A DNA stretch of 64,000 bases. It comes from Vicinamibacterales bacterium. GTDB taxonomy: Bacteria > Acidobacteriota > Vicinamibacteria > Vicinamibacterales > 2-12-FULL-66-21. The stretch is from NCBI GenBank assembly GCA_036258175.1, contig DATAEE010000263.1, positions 1,489 through 65,488 on the forward strand. Reading direction: 5' to 3'. A program made the position numbers and the translations under genes. How positions within the stretch are numbered: position 1 is the stretch's first letter; each line of letters opens with the position of its first letter. Below, piece by piece: positions 24,664-34,917 of this stretch. The notes beneath the pieces are model-generated. The model had not been told where the DNA came from. It was given only the letters and a program-made list of their open reading frames with translations, and did no database searches.

Positions 24664-26469
24664 CTAACGCGTCGGATCGGGCCGAAGGTTGCGCGTGATC
24701 ACGATTCCGCTGACGATGGCAATGGCACCGTATACCGCCGCGCGAAACACGGTTCCGAATAACAGTTCGCGCAGCAGAAACAGCACGCTGTAGACAGTCG
24801 CGATCCCCATCACCCAATTCACCGCTGCGGGACCGAGCTCGTCGACACCTCCTGCAGGCAGGCCGGCGACGACGCGCACGTGCGTCCAGCCGGGGCCTGC
24901 CGGCCGCACCCGCCGGTAGAAAGAGATCAGCGTGTCCATCGGCTCCGGCTTCGTCGCGAACGTCGCGGTGATCCACACGACCGTCGTGACCGCAACCGTC
25001 GTCAATATCGTCTGCGCGAAGCCAATCGGCGTGCCGGCGTCGAAGAGGCCGCTGTAGGTCAGCGTCAGCGAGACCGTGAGTGCCGCAATCATCGCGGCAA
25101 TCTCGGACCAGGCGTTGATGCGCCACCAGTACCATCGAAGAATGTAGACGAGCCCGGTGCCGGCGCCGAGCGCGAGCACGAGTTCCCATCCGCCCGTGAT
25201 CCGGTTCATGAAGTACGTCACGACGATCGAGAGCACGACGGTGACGAGCGTCGCTATGCGTGAGGCGAGGACGTAATGCTTCTCGCTCGCATCAGTCCGG
25301 ACGAACCGGCGGTACACGTCGTTCACGACGTAACTCGATCCCCAGTTCATCTGCGTCGAGATCGTGCTCATGTATGCCGCGGCGAACGATGCGAGCAGCA
25401 AACCGCGGAAGCCGGCGGGGAGGTAATCGTTCATCACACGGACGTAGCCGAACGCGGGGTCCGGTAATCCCGTTTCTGGGTTCAGCGAACCCGCCGGGTA
25501 GAGAACTACCGCGCACAACGCGACGATGATCCAGGGCCACGGACGCAGCGCATAGTGAGCGACGTTGAACCATAGGGTCGCGAGCAGACCGTGCCGCTCG
25601 TCACGCGCCGAAAAGATCCGTTGCGCGACGTAGCCGCCGCCACCTGGCTCCGCGCCTGGGTACCATGACGCCCACCAGTTGATTCCCAGGTACACCACGA
25701 GTGTCATGAAGGGCAACATCCAGATCGCGGTGCCGTCCGGCCAGATCGCCGTGGCGGCCGGGCCGAACGGGTCCGTCGCTGCCATCGGCGCCCCGGCCGG
25801 CGTGGGGTATGTGGTCGACAACTTTGCAACGAGCGCGTCGATTCCGCCGACGGCTCGCAGTGCGAACACCGCGAGCGCGATCGAGCCCACCATCGCGATC
25901 ACGAACTGCACGACGTCAGTCACGACGACGCCCCACAGGCCCGACAGGATTGAATAGAGAAACGTGATACCCAGGCAGAACGCGAGCGCTTGCCATTTGG
26001 GGAGGCCGAGCGTACCGCTCATGACTTTGGCCATTCCCAGGTTGACCCAGCCCATGATGATCAGATTGATGACGAAGCCGAGATAGATCGCGCGAAATCC
26101 GCGCAGGACTGCCGCCGGACGTCCCGCATAGCGAATCTCTGCGAACTCGACGTCGGTCATCACCTCCGCGCGACGCCACAGCCTCGAGAAAAAGAACACG
26201 GTGAGCATGCCGCTTGGAAGCATCGACCACCAGAGCCAGTTGCCGGCAACTCCGTTGCGCGCGACCATCTCCGTGACGGCCAAAGGCGTATCGGCCGCAA
26301 AAGTGGTTGCGACCATCGACGTTCCGGCAAGCCACCAGGGAAGATCGCGGCCGGCAACGAAGTACTCCTCTGTGCTGGTGCCCGCGCGTCGTGTGTAGTA
26401 AAGGCCGATGAGCAGCGAAAGCGCGAAGTAGGCGGCGATGATCAACCAGTCGACAGTCGTGAGCGTCAT
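24664..26469 (-). CDS. Sodium:solute symporter (SSS) family transporter
   Basis: 601 aa, about 14 TM segments. N-terminus MTLTTVDWLIIAAYFALSLLIGLYYTRRAGTSTEEYFVAGRDLPWW is the typical SSS opening. Confidence 0.85.
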   Translation of the reverse strand: MTLTTVDWLIIAAYFALSLLIGLYYTRRAGTSTEEYFVAGRDLPWWLAGTSMVATTFAADTPLAVTEMVARNGVAGNWLWWSMLPSGMLTVFFFSRLWRRAEVMTDVEFAEIRYAGRPAAVLRGFRAIYLGFVINLIIMGWVNLGMAKVMSGTLGLPKWQALAFCLGITFLYSILSGLWGVVVTDVVQFVIAMVGSIALAVFALRAVGGIDALVAKLSTTYPTPAGAPMAATDPFGPAATAIWPDGTAIWMLPFMTLVVYLGINWWASWYPGAEPGGGGYVAQRIFSARDERHGLLATLWFNVAHYALRPWPWIIVALCAVVLYPAGSLNPETGLPDPAFGYVRVMNDYLPAGFRGLLLASFAAAYMSTISTQMNWGSSYVVNDVYRRFVRTDASEKHYVLASRIATLVTVVLSIVVTYFMNRITGGWELVLALGAGTGLVYILRWYWWRINAWSEIAAMIAALTVSLTLTYSGLFDAGTPIGFAQTILTTVAVTTVVWITATFATKPEPMDTLISFYRRVRPAGPGWTHVRVVAGLPAGGVDELGPAAVNWVMGIATVYSVLFLLRELLFGTVFRAAVYGAIAIVSGIVITRNLRPDPTR

Positions 26470-26470
26470 G

Positions 26471-27523
26471 TCACCTCAGCGCATCTACGATTGCGTCGTG
26501 AATCAGGGGCCGCAGCCGCTTCAAGTTGTCGTTGTCACGGGTCGGATGAACGCGATTGGTCAGCAGCGCCACATAGAGATCCTGATCCGGGTCGACCCAT
26601 AGTGACGTGCCCGTGAATCCGGTATGGCCGATGGCAGTCGCCGACAGCCGCCGCCCGCAGGATGAGGTCGGCAGCATGGTATCCCATCCGAGGGCACGCG
26701 AGCTTCCAGGGATCTCGTCCCGTTTACGGGCGAACTCCATCAGCGTTGCGCGCCGCGCGAGCGGGGAATCACCGCTCAACGTCTGGAGGACGAGCCTGCC
26801 GAACGCGCCGACGGCGCCGACCGTGCCGAAGAGTCCCGCGTGGCCCGCGGCCCCGCCGAGCGCCCAGGTATTCTCGTCGTGCGCTTCCGCGACAAGGAGA
26901 CGCCCGCGCCACCGATCTACTTCGGTTGGCGCAACTCGCGGCCGCCAGGCTTTCGGTGGACGAAATGCGAGTGGCTCCGAACCGACGAGACCCTGGATTG
27001 CTTCGAACTGATTGGGGAGCGGCGCTCCACCGAGATCCTCGAGGAGAAAGCCGAGCAGCATGAACCCGAGATCGCTGTAGATCGACTGGGACCGCGGCGG
27101 ATATTCGAGAGCGAGCCGGCAGATCGCGGGCTCGAACTCCGCTCGCCCGGTATGGTCGTTGAAGAACGGAAGATACCCGGTCAGGCCGCTGCAGTGCGAA
27201 AGCAGGTCACGAACGGTGACCATGTCACGATCGACGCCCCGCCACGAGTCGAACCGCGCAGCGATCGGCTCGTCGAGATCGAGGCCTCTCCGGTCCACTG
27301 CTTGCATGATGAGCGTCGCGGTGGCGATGACCTTGGTCAGAGACGCCAGATCGAAAATCGTCGACGTCTCGGTCTTCGCGGCGCCAACGTCGTAAGTCAG
27401 CGTCCCGAACACTTCGCGCCAGAGCACGGCATCACGACGGCCGACTTCGACGGAAGCGGCCGGGTAGGCGCGATCGCGAATGCCTCCGGCGATGAGCGCG
27501 GCGGCCGTGTCGAACGTCGTCAT
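26471..27523 (-). CDS. Serine hydrolase, beta-lactamase/transpeptidase-like fold
   Basis: SxxK motif in IFDLASLTKVIATATL, YSDLGF (Y-x-N-like), HTGFTGTSLW (KTG-like box). ATGA overlap with the upstream symporter stop. Confidence 0.8.
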   Translation of the reverse strand: MTTFDTAAALIAGGIRDRAYPAASVEVGRRDAVLWREVFGTLTYDVGAAKTETSTIFDLASLTKVIATATLIMQAVDRRGLDLDEPIAARFDSWRGVDRDMVTVRDLLSHCSGLTGYLPFFNDHTGRAEFEPAICRLALEYPPRSQSIYSDLGFMLLGFLLEDLGGAPLPNQFEAIQGLVGSEPLAFRPPKAWRPRVAPTEVDRWRGRLLVAEAHDENTWALGGAAGHAGLFGTVGAVGAFGRLVLQTLSGDSPLARRATLMEFARKRDEIPGSSRALGWDTMLPTSSCGRRLSATAIGHTGFTGTSLWVDPDQDLYVALLTNRVHPTRDNDNLKRLRPLIHDAIVDALR

Positions 27524-28941
27524 CGTCTGGCGACAGCCTGCGCCATGAGGGCGACGAGCGACGTCACGGCGACGCCGACGAAGGCGAACCAGGTCCATGC
27601 CACGGCTTGTGTCCACCAGACGGCTGTCACTGTCGCGATCCCGGCGACGATCCCAGCCAGCATCGATGTCCTCGTCACGTGCGGCGCAAGGACGCCGATG
27701 AGAAACGCGCCGAGCACCGGACCGGCCGCGAGCGACAGGACTGAAAGGCCAGCATCCAGTACAGAGCGGATCCAGCGCGCGCCGAGCGCAACGCCGATCT
27801 GCAGCACACCCCAGCCAATCGTGGCGATCTTCGACACGCGCATCAACGTCGGCTGGTCCGCGTCCGGCCGCACGTACTTCACGTAGAAATCGTTGACCGT
27901 GGTGGCCGCAAGCGCGTTGATCGACGGCGACAGCGCGGCGGCCACGATCGCGGCAACGATGAAGCCGGCAGCGCCGTGCGACAGCTCAGTGACGACGAAC
28001 AGTGGGAGGATTTCGTCGTTCGAGGTCAGGCCTCGCGGCAGCGGTGTGGTCTGGTAGAAGGCGTAGAGCATGACGCCGATGAGGAGGAAGAGCGTGAACT
28101 GCGCGAACACGATGAACCCGCTCAATACCAGGCCGGCCGATGCATCGCGCGAGCTCCTGGCCGAGAGCAGACGCTGGACGAGAAACTGGTCGGTCCCGTG
28201 GGTCGCGAGCGTCAAGGCCACGCCGCCGAGGATCCCGGTCCAGAACGTATAGACCCGTGTCAGGTCCAGAGAGAAGTCCCATATGCGGAACTTTCCGGCG
28301 GCGCTGCCGGCCGCAACGATCGCATCCCATCCCCCCGGAATCCGGTTGAGGATCGCGAAGAACACCACCAGCGCGCCGGCGATGTAGACGAACATCTGCA
28401 CGACGTCGGTCCAGATGACCGCCGCCGCGCCGCCGCGGACGGTGTAGATGATCATCGCAGTGCCGATCAGCACGATCGTCCACGGGACTGGCACGTGCGT
28501 AACAACGGAAATGACGAGCGCTGTCGCAAAGAGGCGGACGCCGTCGGCCAGCGTCCGTGTCACGAGAAAAATGACCGCGGCGATGTTCTTGACCGATGCC
28601 CCGAAGCGGCGCTGGAGGAGCTCGTACGACGTGTACAACTCGCCGCGGAAGTACGCCGGAATGAACAGGACGCTCACGAGAATGCGTCCGGTGATGTAGC
28701 CGAGCGCGAGCTGGAGAAAGGTGAAGTTGCCAGCGTATGCGCCGGCGGGGACGCCGATGAAGCTCAGCGTGCTCGTTTCAGTGGCGACGACGGTGAAGCA
28801 GATGCCCCACCACGGGACCGTCCGGCCGGTGAGGAAGTAATCGCGAGTTGTGCGCTGGAAGCGCGCGAACCATGAACCGAACGCAGTGATCGCTGTGAGG
28901 TACCCGGCGATCACCAGGTAGTCGGCCCAGGTGAGGACCAT
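27520..28941 (-). CDS. Sodium:solute symporter (SSS) family transporter
   Basis: 473 aa. MVLTWADYLVIAGYLTAITAFGSWFARFQRTTRDYFLTGRTVPWW. 12-13 TM segments. Confidence 0.85.
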   Translation of the reverse strand: MVLTWADYLVIAGYLTAITAFGSWFARFQRTTRDYFLTGRTVPWWGICFTVVATETSTLSFIGVPAGAYAGNFTFLQLALGYITGRILVSVLFIPAYFRGELYTSYELLQRRFGASVKNIAAVIFLVTRTLADGVRLFATALVISVVTHVPVPWTIVLIGTAMIIYTVRGGAAAVIWTDVVQMFVYIAGALVVFFAILNRIPGGWDAIVAAGSAAGKFRIWDFSLDLTRVYTFWTGILGGVALTLATHGTDQFLVQRLLSARSSRDASAGLVLSGFIVFAQFTLFLLIGVMLYAFYQTTPLPRGLTSNDEILPLFVVTELSHGAAGFIVAAIVAAALSPSINALAATTVNDFYVKYVRPDADQPTLMRVSKIATIGWGVLQIGVALGARWIRSVLDAGLSVLSLAAGPVLGAFLIGVLAPHVTRTSMLAGIVAGIATVTAVWWTQAVAWTWFAFVGVAVTSLVALMAQAVARR

Positions 28942-28949
28942 CTAGTCGA

Positions 28950-30257
28950 TCAACGGGTGCCGCCGCCAGCAGCAGACGACAGGCCGAACGCGCCGCGGCC
29001 CACCGTCGCGAGGTAGTCGGGCGGCGCCGGAGGAACGATCACGCTGTCGTACGAAAAGAGCGCGATGCCTGCGGCGCCCGCGCGCCGCGCGGCAGCGATG
29101 TGCTCGAGCGTCTGCGCCGGCGTGAGTCGGTACGAGCCGATGCCCGCCCAGACGGCGCTCGTTCCGGCTGCGGCCTGAACGGCCGATACCTGCGCAGCAA
29201 ACACCGACGCGTCCTGCGTGTACGCCATCGGGCAGACAGCATCGAGCAGCCTGCCGTCAATCCAGGAGCGCCAGTCTTGAAGCCGGACCGTCGCCGCCTC
29301 CTCAGGGTCGGGCGCCACAGCGGCCGACAACTCGATCGACGGGCGTTCCCGTTTGACGGCGGTCCGGATGCGCATGACGAGCGCTGACAGCCGCGCCATT
29401 CGGAACTTGCGCCATTCATCCTGGAATGCGTCCGGCCACGCAAACAGATCCACCGCGGCACGCTCGTCAATCGAACGACGTACCGCGTCGCTCAGCGTGG
29501 GCGCGACGTGGGTTCGGAACTGCGCAATGGCGTACCGGCTGTAGTCGAACGTCTCCTTCGGATACCGGATGTAGTCGAGATGGAGACCATCGAGGTCGTA
29601 CCGCCGCGCGAGGGTCGTGACGATGGACACGACATGATCGGCGGCGGCCGGAATGATCGGCGACGCGTACAGGCCTTCGACCGCTCCTGCCTGCCCACGG
29701 GTCCAGCGCGATATCGCTCCGGCATACGCCGGGTTGTTCGGTTCGAACATTGCGAGCTGAGGTGCCAGCTCGCGCGGGACCATGAGCCACTCAGGATGAC
29801 GGTAGAGCAGATGATTCCGATCGGATGGCAGCTCAACCGCACTGCCGATGAGGTTCACATTGATCCAGGCGTGGACGCGCAACCCCGCCGGCCGCGCCAA
29901 GTCGATCACTTCGGCGAGCGGATCGAATGACGGGAGAGAGTTTGCCAGCTCGGCGGCGCGCGGCTCTCCGCTTCCGACGTAGTACGCGTCGCCGCGTCCG
30001 CGGACCTGCACCAGGATCGTGTTGAACCCGTGATCGTGCGCAGCGCGCACCATCTCGGCAATCGCGCGAGGTGTCGTCAGCGACGCCCGTGTCACCCAGA
30101 GCGCGCGAACCTCTCGCCTCGATGGGGAAGCCTGAAGAATCTCGGAGGGAGAACGACCAGTGAAGGTGATGCCGCCGATGAGGCTGAGAGCGAGCGCCAG
30201 AGCGATCCCGGGCGCGCGCGCCAGCGGCGCGCCGGGTCCGGCGCCGGAACGAGTCAT
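28950..30257 (-). CDS. Exported glycoside-hydrolase-like family 10 protein (GHL10/DUF187, YngK-like)
   Basis: Signal MTRSGAGPGAPLARAPGIALALALSLIGG. VRALWVTRASL...GFNTILVQVRGRGDAYY...FDPLAEVIDLAR..GLRVHAWINV...HPEWLM...DGLHLDYIRYP is the TIM-barrel GHL10 pattern. Confidence 0.7.
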   Translation of the reverse strand: MTRSGAGPGAPLARAPGIALALALSLIGGITFTGRSPSEILQASPSRREVRALWVTRASLTTPRAIAEMVRAAHDHGFNTILVQVRGRGDAYYVGSGEPRAAELANSLPSFDPLAEVIDLARPAGLRVHAWINVNLIGSAVELPSDRNHLLYRHPEWLMVPRELAPQLAMFEPNNPAYAGAISRWTRGQAGAVEGLYASPIIPAAADHVVSIVTTLARRYDLDGLHLDYIRYPKETFDYSRYAIAQFRTHVAPTLSDAVRRSIDERAAVDLFAWPDAFQDEWRKFRMARLSALVMRIRTAVKRERPSIELSAAVAPDPEEAATVRLQDWRSWIDGRLLDAVCPMAYTQDASVFAAQVSAVQAAAGTSAVWAGIGSYRLTPAQTLEHIAAARRAGAAGIALFSYDSVIVPPAPPDYLATVGRGAFGLSSAAGGGTR

Positions 30258-30365
30258 AAAGTCCGTAAATTTAACAGCTTGCGCGCCATGTGTCAACACG
30301 GCACACGCTCGACGCGCCGCGCCGTTTCGAGTACGCTCACGCGCGGTGAGAGACAGTCCCACGTC

Positions 30366-31331
30366 GTGTTCGTGATTGGCATCGATGCAGGCGGCACCAA
30401 GACCGTCTGCCAGCTCGCAGATAAGAACGGGGCGGTCATTCAGGAGACGCGCGGCCCCGGCGCGAACCTCCAAGCGGTCGGAGAGCTCGAGGTCGAGAAA
30501 GTGCTCCATGACGTGATGGAGCGCGCCATCCGCGGCTCAGCCGGCGGCGGGCCGGCGGCCGACCGGCGGGCCAGACTCCCCGCCGCTATCTGTCTCGGCA
30601 TTGCGGGCGTCGATCGCGAAGAGGACGCGCTCGTCGTAGCCGACATCATGCGTCGTATCGGCCAGAACGCCCGGATCCTCATCGTCAACGACGCGCTCGT
30701 GGCGCTCGAAGCCGGAATGCCCGGCCAGCCCGGAGTCGTGGTGATCGCGGGTACCGGCTCGATTGCGTATGGCCGCAACGCCCGTGGCGAAGCCGCGCGC
30801 GCCGGCGGCTGGGGTTACGTGCTCGGCGACGAGGGAAGTGGTTACTGGATCGGGAGGACGGCCCTGCGCGCAGTACTGCGTGAGGCGGACCGGCGGGGCG
30901 AGGCGACGAGCCTGACGGGCCGCCTCCTCATGCACTTCGACGTTTCGAAACCGCAGGACCTGATTCATGCGGTTTATTCCGGCGGCTTGCAGTCGACGGC
31001 GATCGCGTCGCTTGCACCTCACGTGCAAGAAGCCTACGAGGAAGGGGACAACGTGGCGGCGGGGATTCTAGATGGCGCGGCGCGCGAGCTGACGGCATCC
31101 GCGCTGTCGGTCGCGCGGCGGCTCGGACTCCTGGACGAGCCGTGCCCGTTCCTCCTCGCGGGCGGAGTGTTCAAGGGCGTGCCGTGGCTTGTCACCGAGT
31201 TGACCAGACGAATCACTGCGACCGGACCCGGGGCCACGGTCAGCCGGCTGGAAGTCGAACCGGCTATCGGCGCGGTCCGATTCGCGCTGGCCGAGGCACG
31301 CGGCGGCGCGAACGTGCCGGTGTACCTCTAG
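30366..31331 (+). CDS. BadF/BadG/BcrA/BcrD-type sugar kinase (GlcNAc or MurNAc kinase)
   Basis: VFVIGIDAGGTKTVCQLAD (ASKHA phosphate-1 motif), VIAGTGSIAYG, GGWGYVLGDEGSGYWIG. Start uncertain: GTG 30366 fits the family N-terminus, ATG 30288 is the alternative. Confidence 0.75.
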   Translation: MFVIGIDAGGTKTVCQLADKNGAVIQETRGPGANLQAVGELEVEKVLHDVMERAIRGSAGGGPAADRRARLPAAICLGIAGVDREEDALVVADIMRRIGQNARILIVNDALVALEAGMPGQPGVVVIAGTGSIAYGRNARGEAARAGGWGYVLGDEGSGYWIGRTALRAVLREADRRGEATSLTGRLLMHFDVSKPQDLIHAVYSGGLQSTAIASLAPHVQEAYEEGDNVAAGILDGAARELTASALSVARRLGLLDEPCPFLLAGGVFKGVPWLVTELTRRITATGPGATVSRLEVEPAIGAVRFALAEARGGANVPVYL

Positions 31332-32068
31332 TGCGGATCGCGGTCTTCAAAACTGAACGAGAGGCGTCGGTGGCGCTCGCGCGACGGGTGGCGACCGACC
31401 TGGCCGCGAGCCCGGAGATCGTGCTGGGACTTCCGACGGGCCGCACTCCGATCCATATGTATCGCGAGCTGGTGAAGCTCCACGGGCGCGGCGTCGCCGA
31501 TTTCTCCCGCGCGACGACGTTCAATCTCGACGAGTTCCTCGGGGTTGCGCCGTCTCACCCCGGCAGCTACCGGAGCTACATGGAGTCCCACCTGTTCGCC
31601 CACGTGAATCTGCCCCCCGTGCAGATTCACTTTCTGAACGGCGCCACGGCGGATCCAAATGGAGAGTGCGAACGGTACGAGTCGCAGATCGAGGCGGCGG
31701 GTGGGATCGATCTGCAGATTCTGGGGCTGGGCACTAACGGTCACATCGGATTCAACGAGCCGGCACGGGCACTCGAGCCCCGCACACATCGGGTGACGTT
31801 GAAGCCTTCGACTCGCAAATCGAACGCGTCGCTGTTCGGCGGCGATCCAGACGCCGTTCCGCGCGAAGCGCTCTCGATGGGTATGGCGACGATCATGCGC
31901 GCGCGCGCGGTCGTCCTGCTGGCGACGGGTAAGAGCAAAGCGTCGTGCATTGCGAAGATCGTCAACGGACCGATCACGACGCGGCTGCCGGCGTCGTGCC
32001 TCCAACTGCACCCGAATGCGGCGCTGATGCTCGACGAGGCGGCAGCGTCGCGCATGAGTGCGCGATAA
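31331..32068 (+). CDS. nagB: Glucosamine-6-phosphate deaminase
   Basis: VRIAVFKTEREASVALARRVA...VLGLPTGRTPIHMYRELV...TTFNLDEFLGV...DLQILGLGTNGHIGFNEP. GTG overlaps the kinase stop by 1 nt. Confidence 0.85.
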   Translation: MRIAVFKTEREASVALARRVATDLAASPEIVLGLPTGRTPIHMYRELVKLHGRGVADFSRATTFNLDEFLGVAPSHPGSYRSYMESHLFAHVNLPPVQIHFLNGATADPNGECERYESQIEAAGGIDLQILGLGTNGHIGFNEPARALEPRTHRVTLKPSTRKSNASLFGGDPDAVPREALSMGMATIMRARAVVLLATGKSKASCIAKIVNGPITTRLPASCLQLHPNAALMLDEAAASRMSAR

Positions 32069-32069
32069 G

Positions 32070-33014
32070 TCAGCCGAGGCGCAGGATTTCGCGCAGGCGC
32101 GGTTCGATGTCCTCGCCGATGGCGTTCCGGATCGATTCGTCGGCTTTCTTCAACCGGCGCACCGCCTGCGCGTAGGTCACGCCGGTCTTCTGCATCACGA
32201 TCGCGGCTTTTGTGTGGAACCGTGCTTCTTTCAGCAGCCGACCGGCCTCGTCGTAATCGACGCCGGTCACGATCGAGATGATGCGCCGCGCCCGATCTTT
32301 CAGTTTTTCGCTGCCGGTCTGTACGTCCACCATCAGATTGCCGTAGGTCTTTCCGACCTTCACCATCGAGATGGTGGTGAGCATGTTCAGCACGAGCTTG
32401 GTGGCAGTGCCGGCCTTCAAGCGCGTCGAGCCGGCGATGATCTCGGGCCCGACGGCGGGCGCGATGACGAGGTCCACGAACGTGTTCAGCTCGGAGCCGG
32501 GCCAGCACGTGACGAAAATGATTTTCGCGCCCGCCTTCCGTGCGCGTGTGAGCGCGCCGCGGACGAACGGGGTGACGCCGCTCGCCGAAACGCCGATGAT
32601 GACGTCCCGTTTCGTCGGGCGGAGACGCGCGACGCTACGCGCGCCTTCCTCGTAATTGTCTTCGACCCCTTCCTTCGCGCGGAACACCGCGTCCTGCCCG
32701 CCGGCCATGAGCGCCTGCACGAGCCGCGTGGGAGTTCCGAATGTCGGCGGCATCTCGGCGGCCTCCAACACGCCCAGACGGCCACTCGTCCCAGCGCCGA
32801 TGAGAATGATGCGTCCGCCTCTTCGAAGCGCCTGCGTGACGATCTCGATCCCGTGCGCGATTCGATCCTTCTCTTTGTGGACGGCGGCGACGACCTTCCT
32901 GTCTTCGTTGACGATCAACTCGATGATGTCCGCGACCGGAGCCTTGTCGAGGGCGAGACTGGCGGGGTTGATCGCTTCCGTGGGTAGGAACTGCCACTTC
33001 GAGTGCGTGGGCAT
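32070..33014 (-). CDS. murQ: N-acetylmuramic acid 6-phosphate etherase
   Basis: MPTHSKWQFLPTEAINPASLALDKAPVADIIELI..., SIS domain GGRIILIGAGTSGRLGVLEAAEMPPTFG...IGVSASGVTPFV...GSTRLKAGTATKLVLNM. Confidence 0.9.
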   Translation of the reverse strand: MPTHSKWQFLPTEAINPASLALDKAPVADIIELIVNEDRKVVAAVHKEKDRIAHGIEIVTQALRRGGRIILIGAGTSGRLGVLEAAEMPPTFGTPTRLVQALMAGGQDAVFRAKEGVEDNYEEGARSVARLRPTKRDVIIGVSASGVTPFVRGALTRARKAGAKIIFVTCWPGSELNTFVDLVIAPAVGPEIIAGSTRLKAGTATKLVLNMLTTISMVKVGKTYGNLMVDVQTGSEKLKDRARRIISIVTGVDYDEAGRLLKEARFHTKAAIVMQKTGVTYAQAVRRLKKADESIRNAIGEDIEPRLREILRLG

Positions 33015-33045
33015 CGCCGGGCCGAGTACGTTACTCTGCGTATCC

Positions 33046-34044
33046 GTGGCTGTCAATTCGGCGCAGGCCTTCGAGCAGTTCGTCGCGGCGGCTGCGCGGC
33101 TCGAGCAGGAGCTCGCGCGCGCGATCATCGGTCAGCGAACGGTGGTGCGCGAGATTCTGATCGCGTTTCTCGCCGGAGGCCACTGCCTTCTGCGTGGCGT
33201 GCCCGGGCTCGCGAAGACGCTGTTGATCCGCAAGCTGGCCGAGGCGGTCGACCTGAAGTTCAATCGCATCCAGTTCACACCGGATTTGATGCCGTCGGAC
33301 ATCCTGGGTGCGGAAGTGTTCGAAGAAGATCGCACGACGGGGCAGCGCGCGATCCGGTTCATTCGCGGACCGATTTTCGCCAACATCATTCTGGCCGACG
33401 AAATCAATCGCACGCCTCCGAAGACGCAAGCGGCGCTGCTCGAAGCCATGCAAGAGTACCAGGTGACGATCGGCGGCGTCCGCTTCGCGCTCGATCGGCC
33501 GCTCTTCGTGCTGGCCACACAGAATCCGATCGAGCAGGAAGGCACGTATCCGCTGCCGGAAGCCCAGCTCGATCGTTTCATGTTCAACGTCGTCATCGAC
33601 TATCCGACGGCGGACGAGGAACGCCGGATCCTTGCGGCAACGACTGCGGGTGACGAGCCGGTGATGCAGGTCGTCGCGAGCGGCGAGGAAATCGAGCGGC
33701 TGCACGGCATTGTCCGCGACGTGCCCGCGGCGGCGAACATCGTGGATTACGCGACGCGGCTCGTCAGAGCGACGCGCCCGGCCGGACCGTCCGAAGATGG
33801 CGCGCCGGAGTTCGTCCGGCGGTGGGTGAAATGGGGTGCGGGCCCGCGTGCCGGGCAGGCGCTCCTGTTGGGAGGGAAGGCGCGGGCGCTCCTCGACGGC
33901 CGGAGCGTCGTCGCGCCGGAAGATGTTCGTGCTGTCGCGCCGGCGGTGCTGCGCCACAGAGTGCTGCTGAACTTTCAGGCCGAAGCGGATGGCCTCGACC
34001 CGGACCAGATCATCAGCCGGCTGCTCGATGCGGTGCACCCGTGA
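33046..34044 (+). CDS. MoxR-family AAA+ ATPase
   Basis: IIGQRTVVREILIAFLAGGHCLLRGVPGLAKTLLIRKLAEAVDLKFNRIQFTPDLMPSDILG...ILADEINRTPPKTQAALLEAMQE. GTG 33046 is the first start that does not overlap divergent murQ. Confidence 0.9.
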   Translation: MAVNSAQAFEQFVAAAARLEQELARAIIGQRTVVREILIAFLAGGHCLLRGVPGLAKTLLIRKLAEAVDLKFNRIQFTPDLMPSDILGAEVFEEDRTTGQRAIRFIRGPIFANIILADEINRTPPKTQAALLEAMQEYQVTIGGVRFALDRPLFVLATQNPIEQEGTYPLPEAQLDRFMFNVVIDYPTADEERRILAATTAGDEPVMQVVASGEEIERLHGIVRDVPAAANIVDYATRLVRATRPAGPSEDGAPEFVRRWVKWGAGPRAGQALLLGGKARALLDGRSVVAPEDVRAVAPAVLRHRVLLNFQAEADGLDPDQIISRLLDAVHP

Positions 34045-34913
34045 TCGACCCATCGGTCCTGACGCGCATCGCGGATCTCGAGCTCATCGCGCGCGTCGTG
34101 GTCGAAGGAGCCGTCGCCGGGCTGCACCGCAGTCCGTTTCACGGTTACAGCGCGGAGTTCAGCCAGTACCGGCCATATCGTCCCGGCGACGACTTGAAGT
34201 ACGTCGACTGGAAGCTCTTCGCCCGCACCGACCGCGTTTACACCAAACAATTTCTCGAGACGACGAACGTCGCTGCACACATTGTGATGGACCGCAGCGC
34301 GTCGATGGGATTCCGGGAACGCGAATCGGGTCCATCGAAACTCGACTACGCGCGCGTCCTGGCCGCCGCGCTCGCGTATCTGATCGCCCGTCAGGGTGAT
34401 GCCGTGGGCTGGACCGCTTGCGGCGATGAACGGGGCGAATACCTGCCCCCGCGTGGAGGGCAGGCGCAGCTGCGAGCCGTGCTCGCCGCGATGGCGCGGG
34501 CGACGCCGGAAGGTCGCGAGCCGATCGCACCCGGACTCGCGCGGGCCGTCGAGCGAATGAAGACACGCGGCATGATTCTCGTGTTCACGGATCTGTATGA
34601 ACCGGACGAGGCGCTGGCAGTCGAGCTCCGGCGTGCCGCCCGAATCGGCCATGACACCGTTCTCTTTCATCTCGTGACACGGTCGGAGATCGAGTTCCCG
34701 TACGAAGGCGATCTTGAATTCGTCGATCTGGAGACAGGCGGCCGTGTGCTCGCTGCCGCAACCGGGGCCGCAGACTACCGGCGCGCAGTTGCGGATCATC
34801 TCGAGCGCTGGCGGCACCGGGCCACCGGAGATGGAGTGGAGTACGTCCGCGTGATTACGGATATCCCCGTCGACAGCGTTTTACGCGCCCACCTCCTCAG
34901 GCGCGCGCATTGA
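34041..34913 (+). CDS. DUF58 family protein (MoxR partner)
   Basis: GTGA overlap with the MoxR stop. LHRSPFHGYSAEFSQYRPYRPGDDLKYVDWKLFARTDRVYTKQF is the DUF58 signature. Confidence 0.85.
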   Translation: MIDPSVLTRIADLELIARVVVEGAVAGLHRSPFHGYSAEFSQYRPYRPGDDLKYVDWKLFARTDRVYTKQFLETTNVAAHIVMDRSASMGFRERESGPSKLDYARVLAAALAYLIARQGDAVGWTACGDERGEYLPPRGGQAQLRAVLAAMARATPEGREPIAPGLARAVERMKTRGMILVFTDLYEPDEALAVELRRAARIGHDTVLFHLVTRSEIEFPYEGDLEFVDLETGGRVLAAATGAADYRRAVADHLERWRHRATGDGVEYVRVITDIPVDSVLRAHLLRRAH

Positions 34914-34917
34914 CAGC

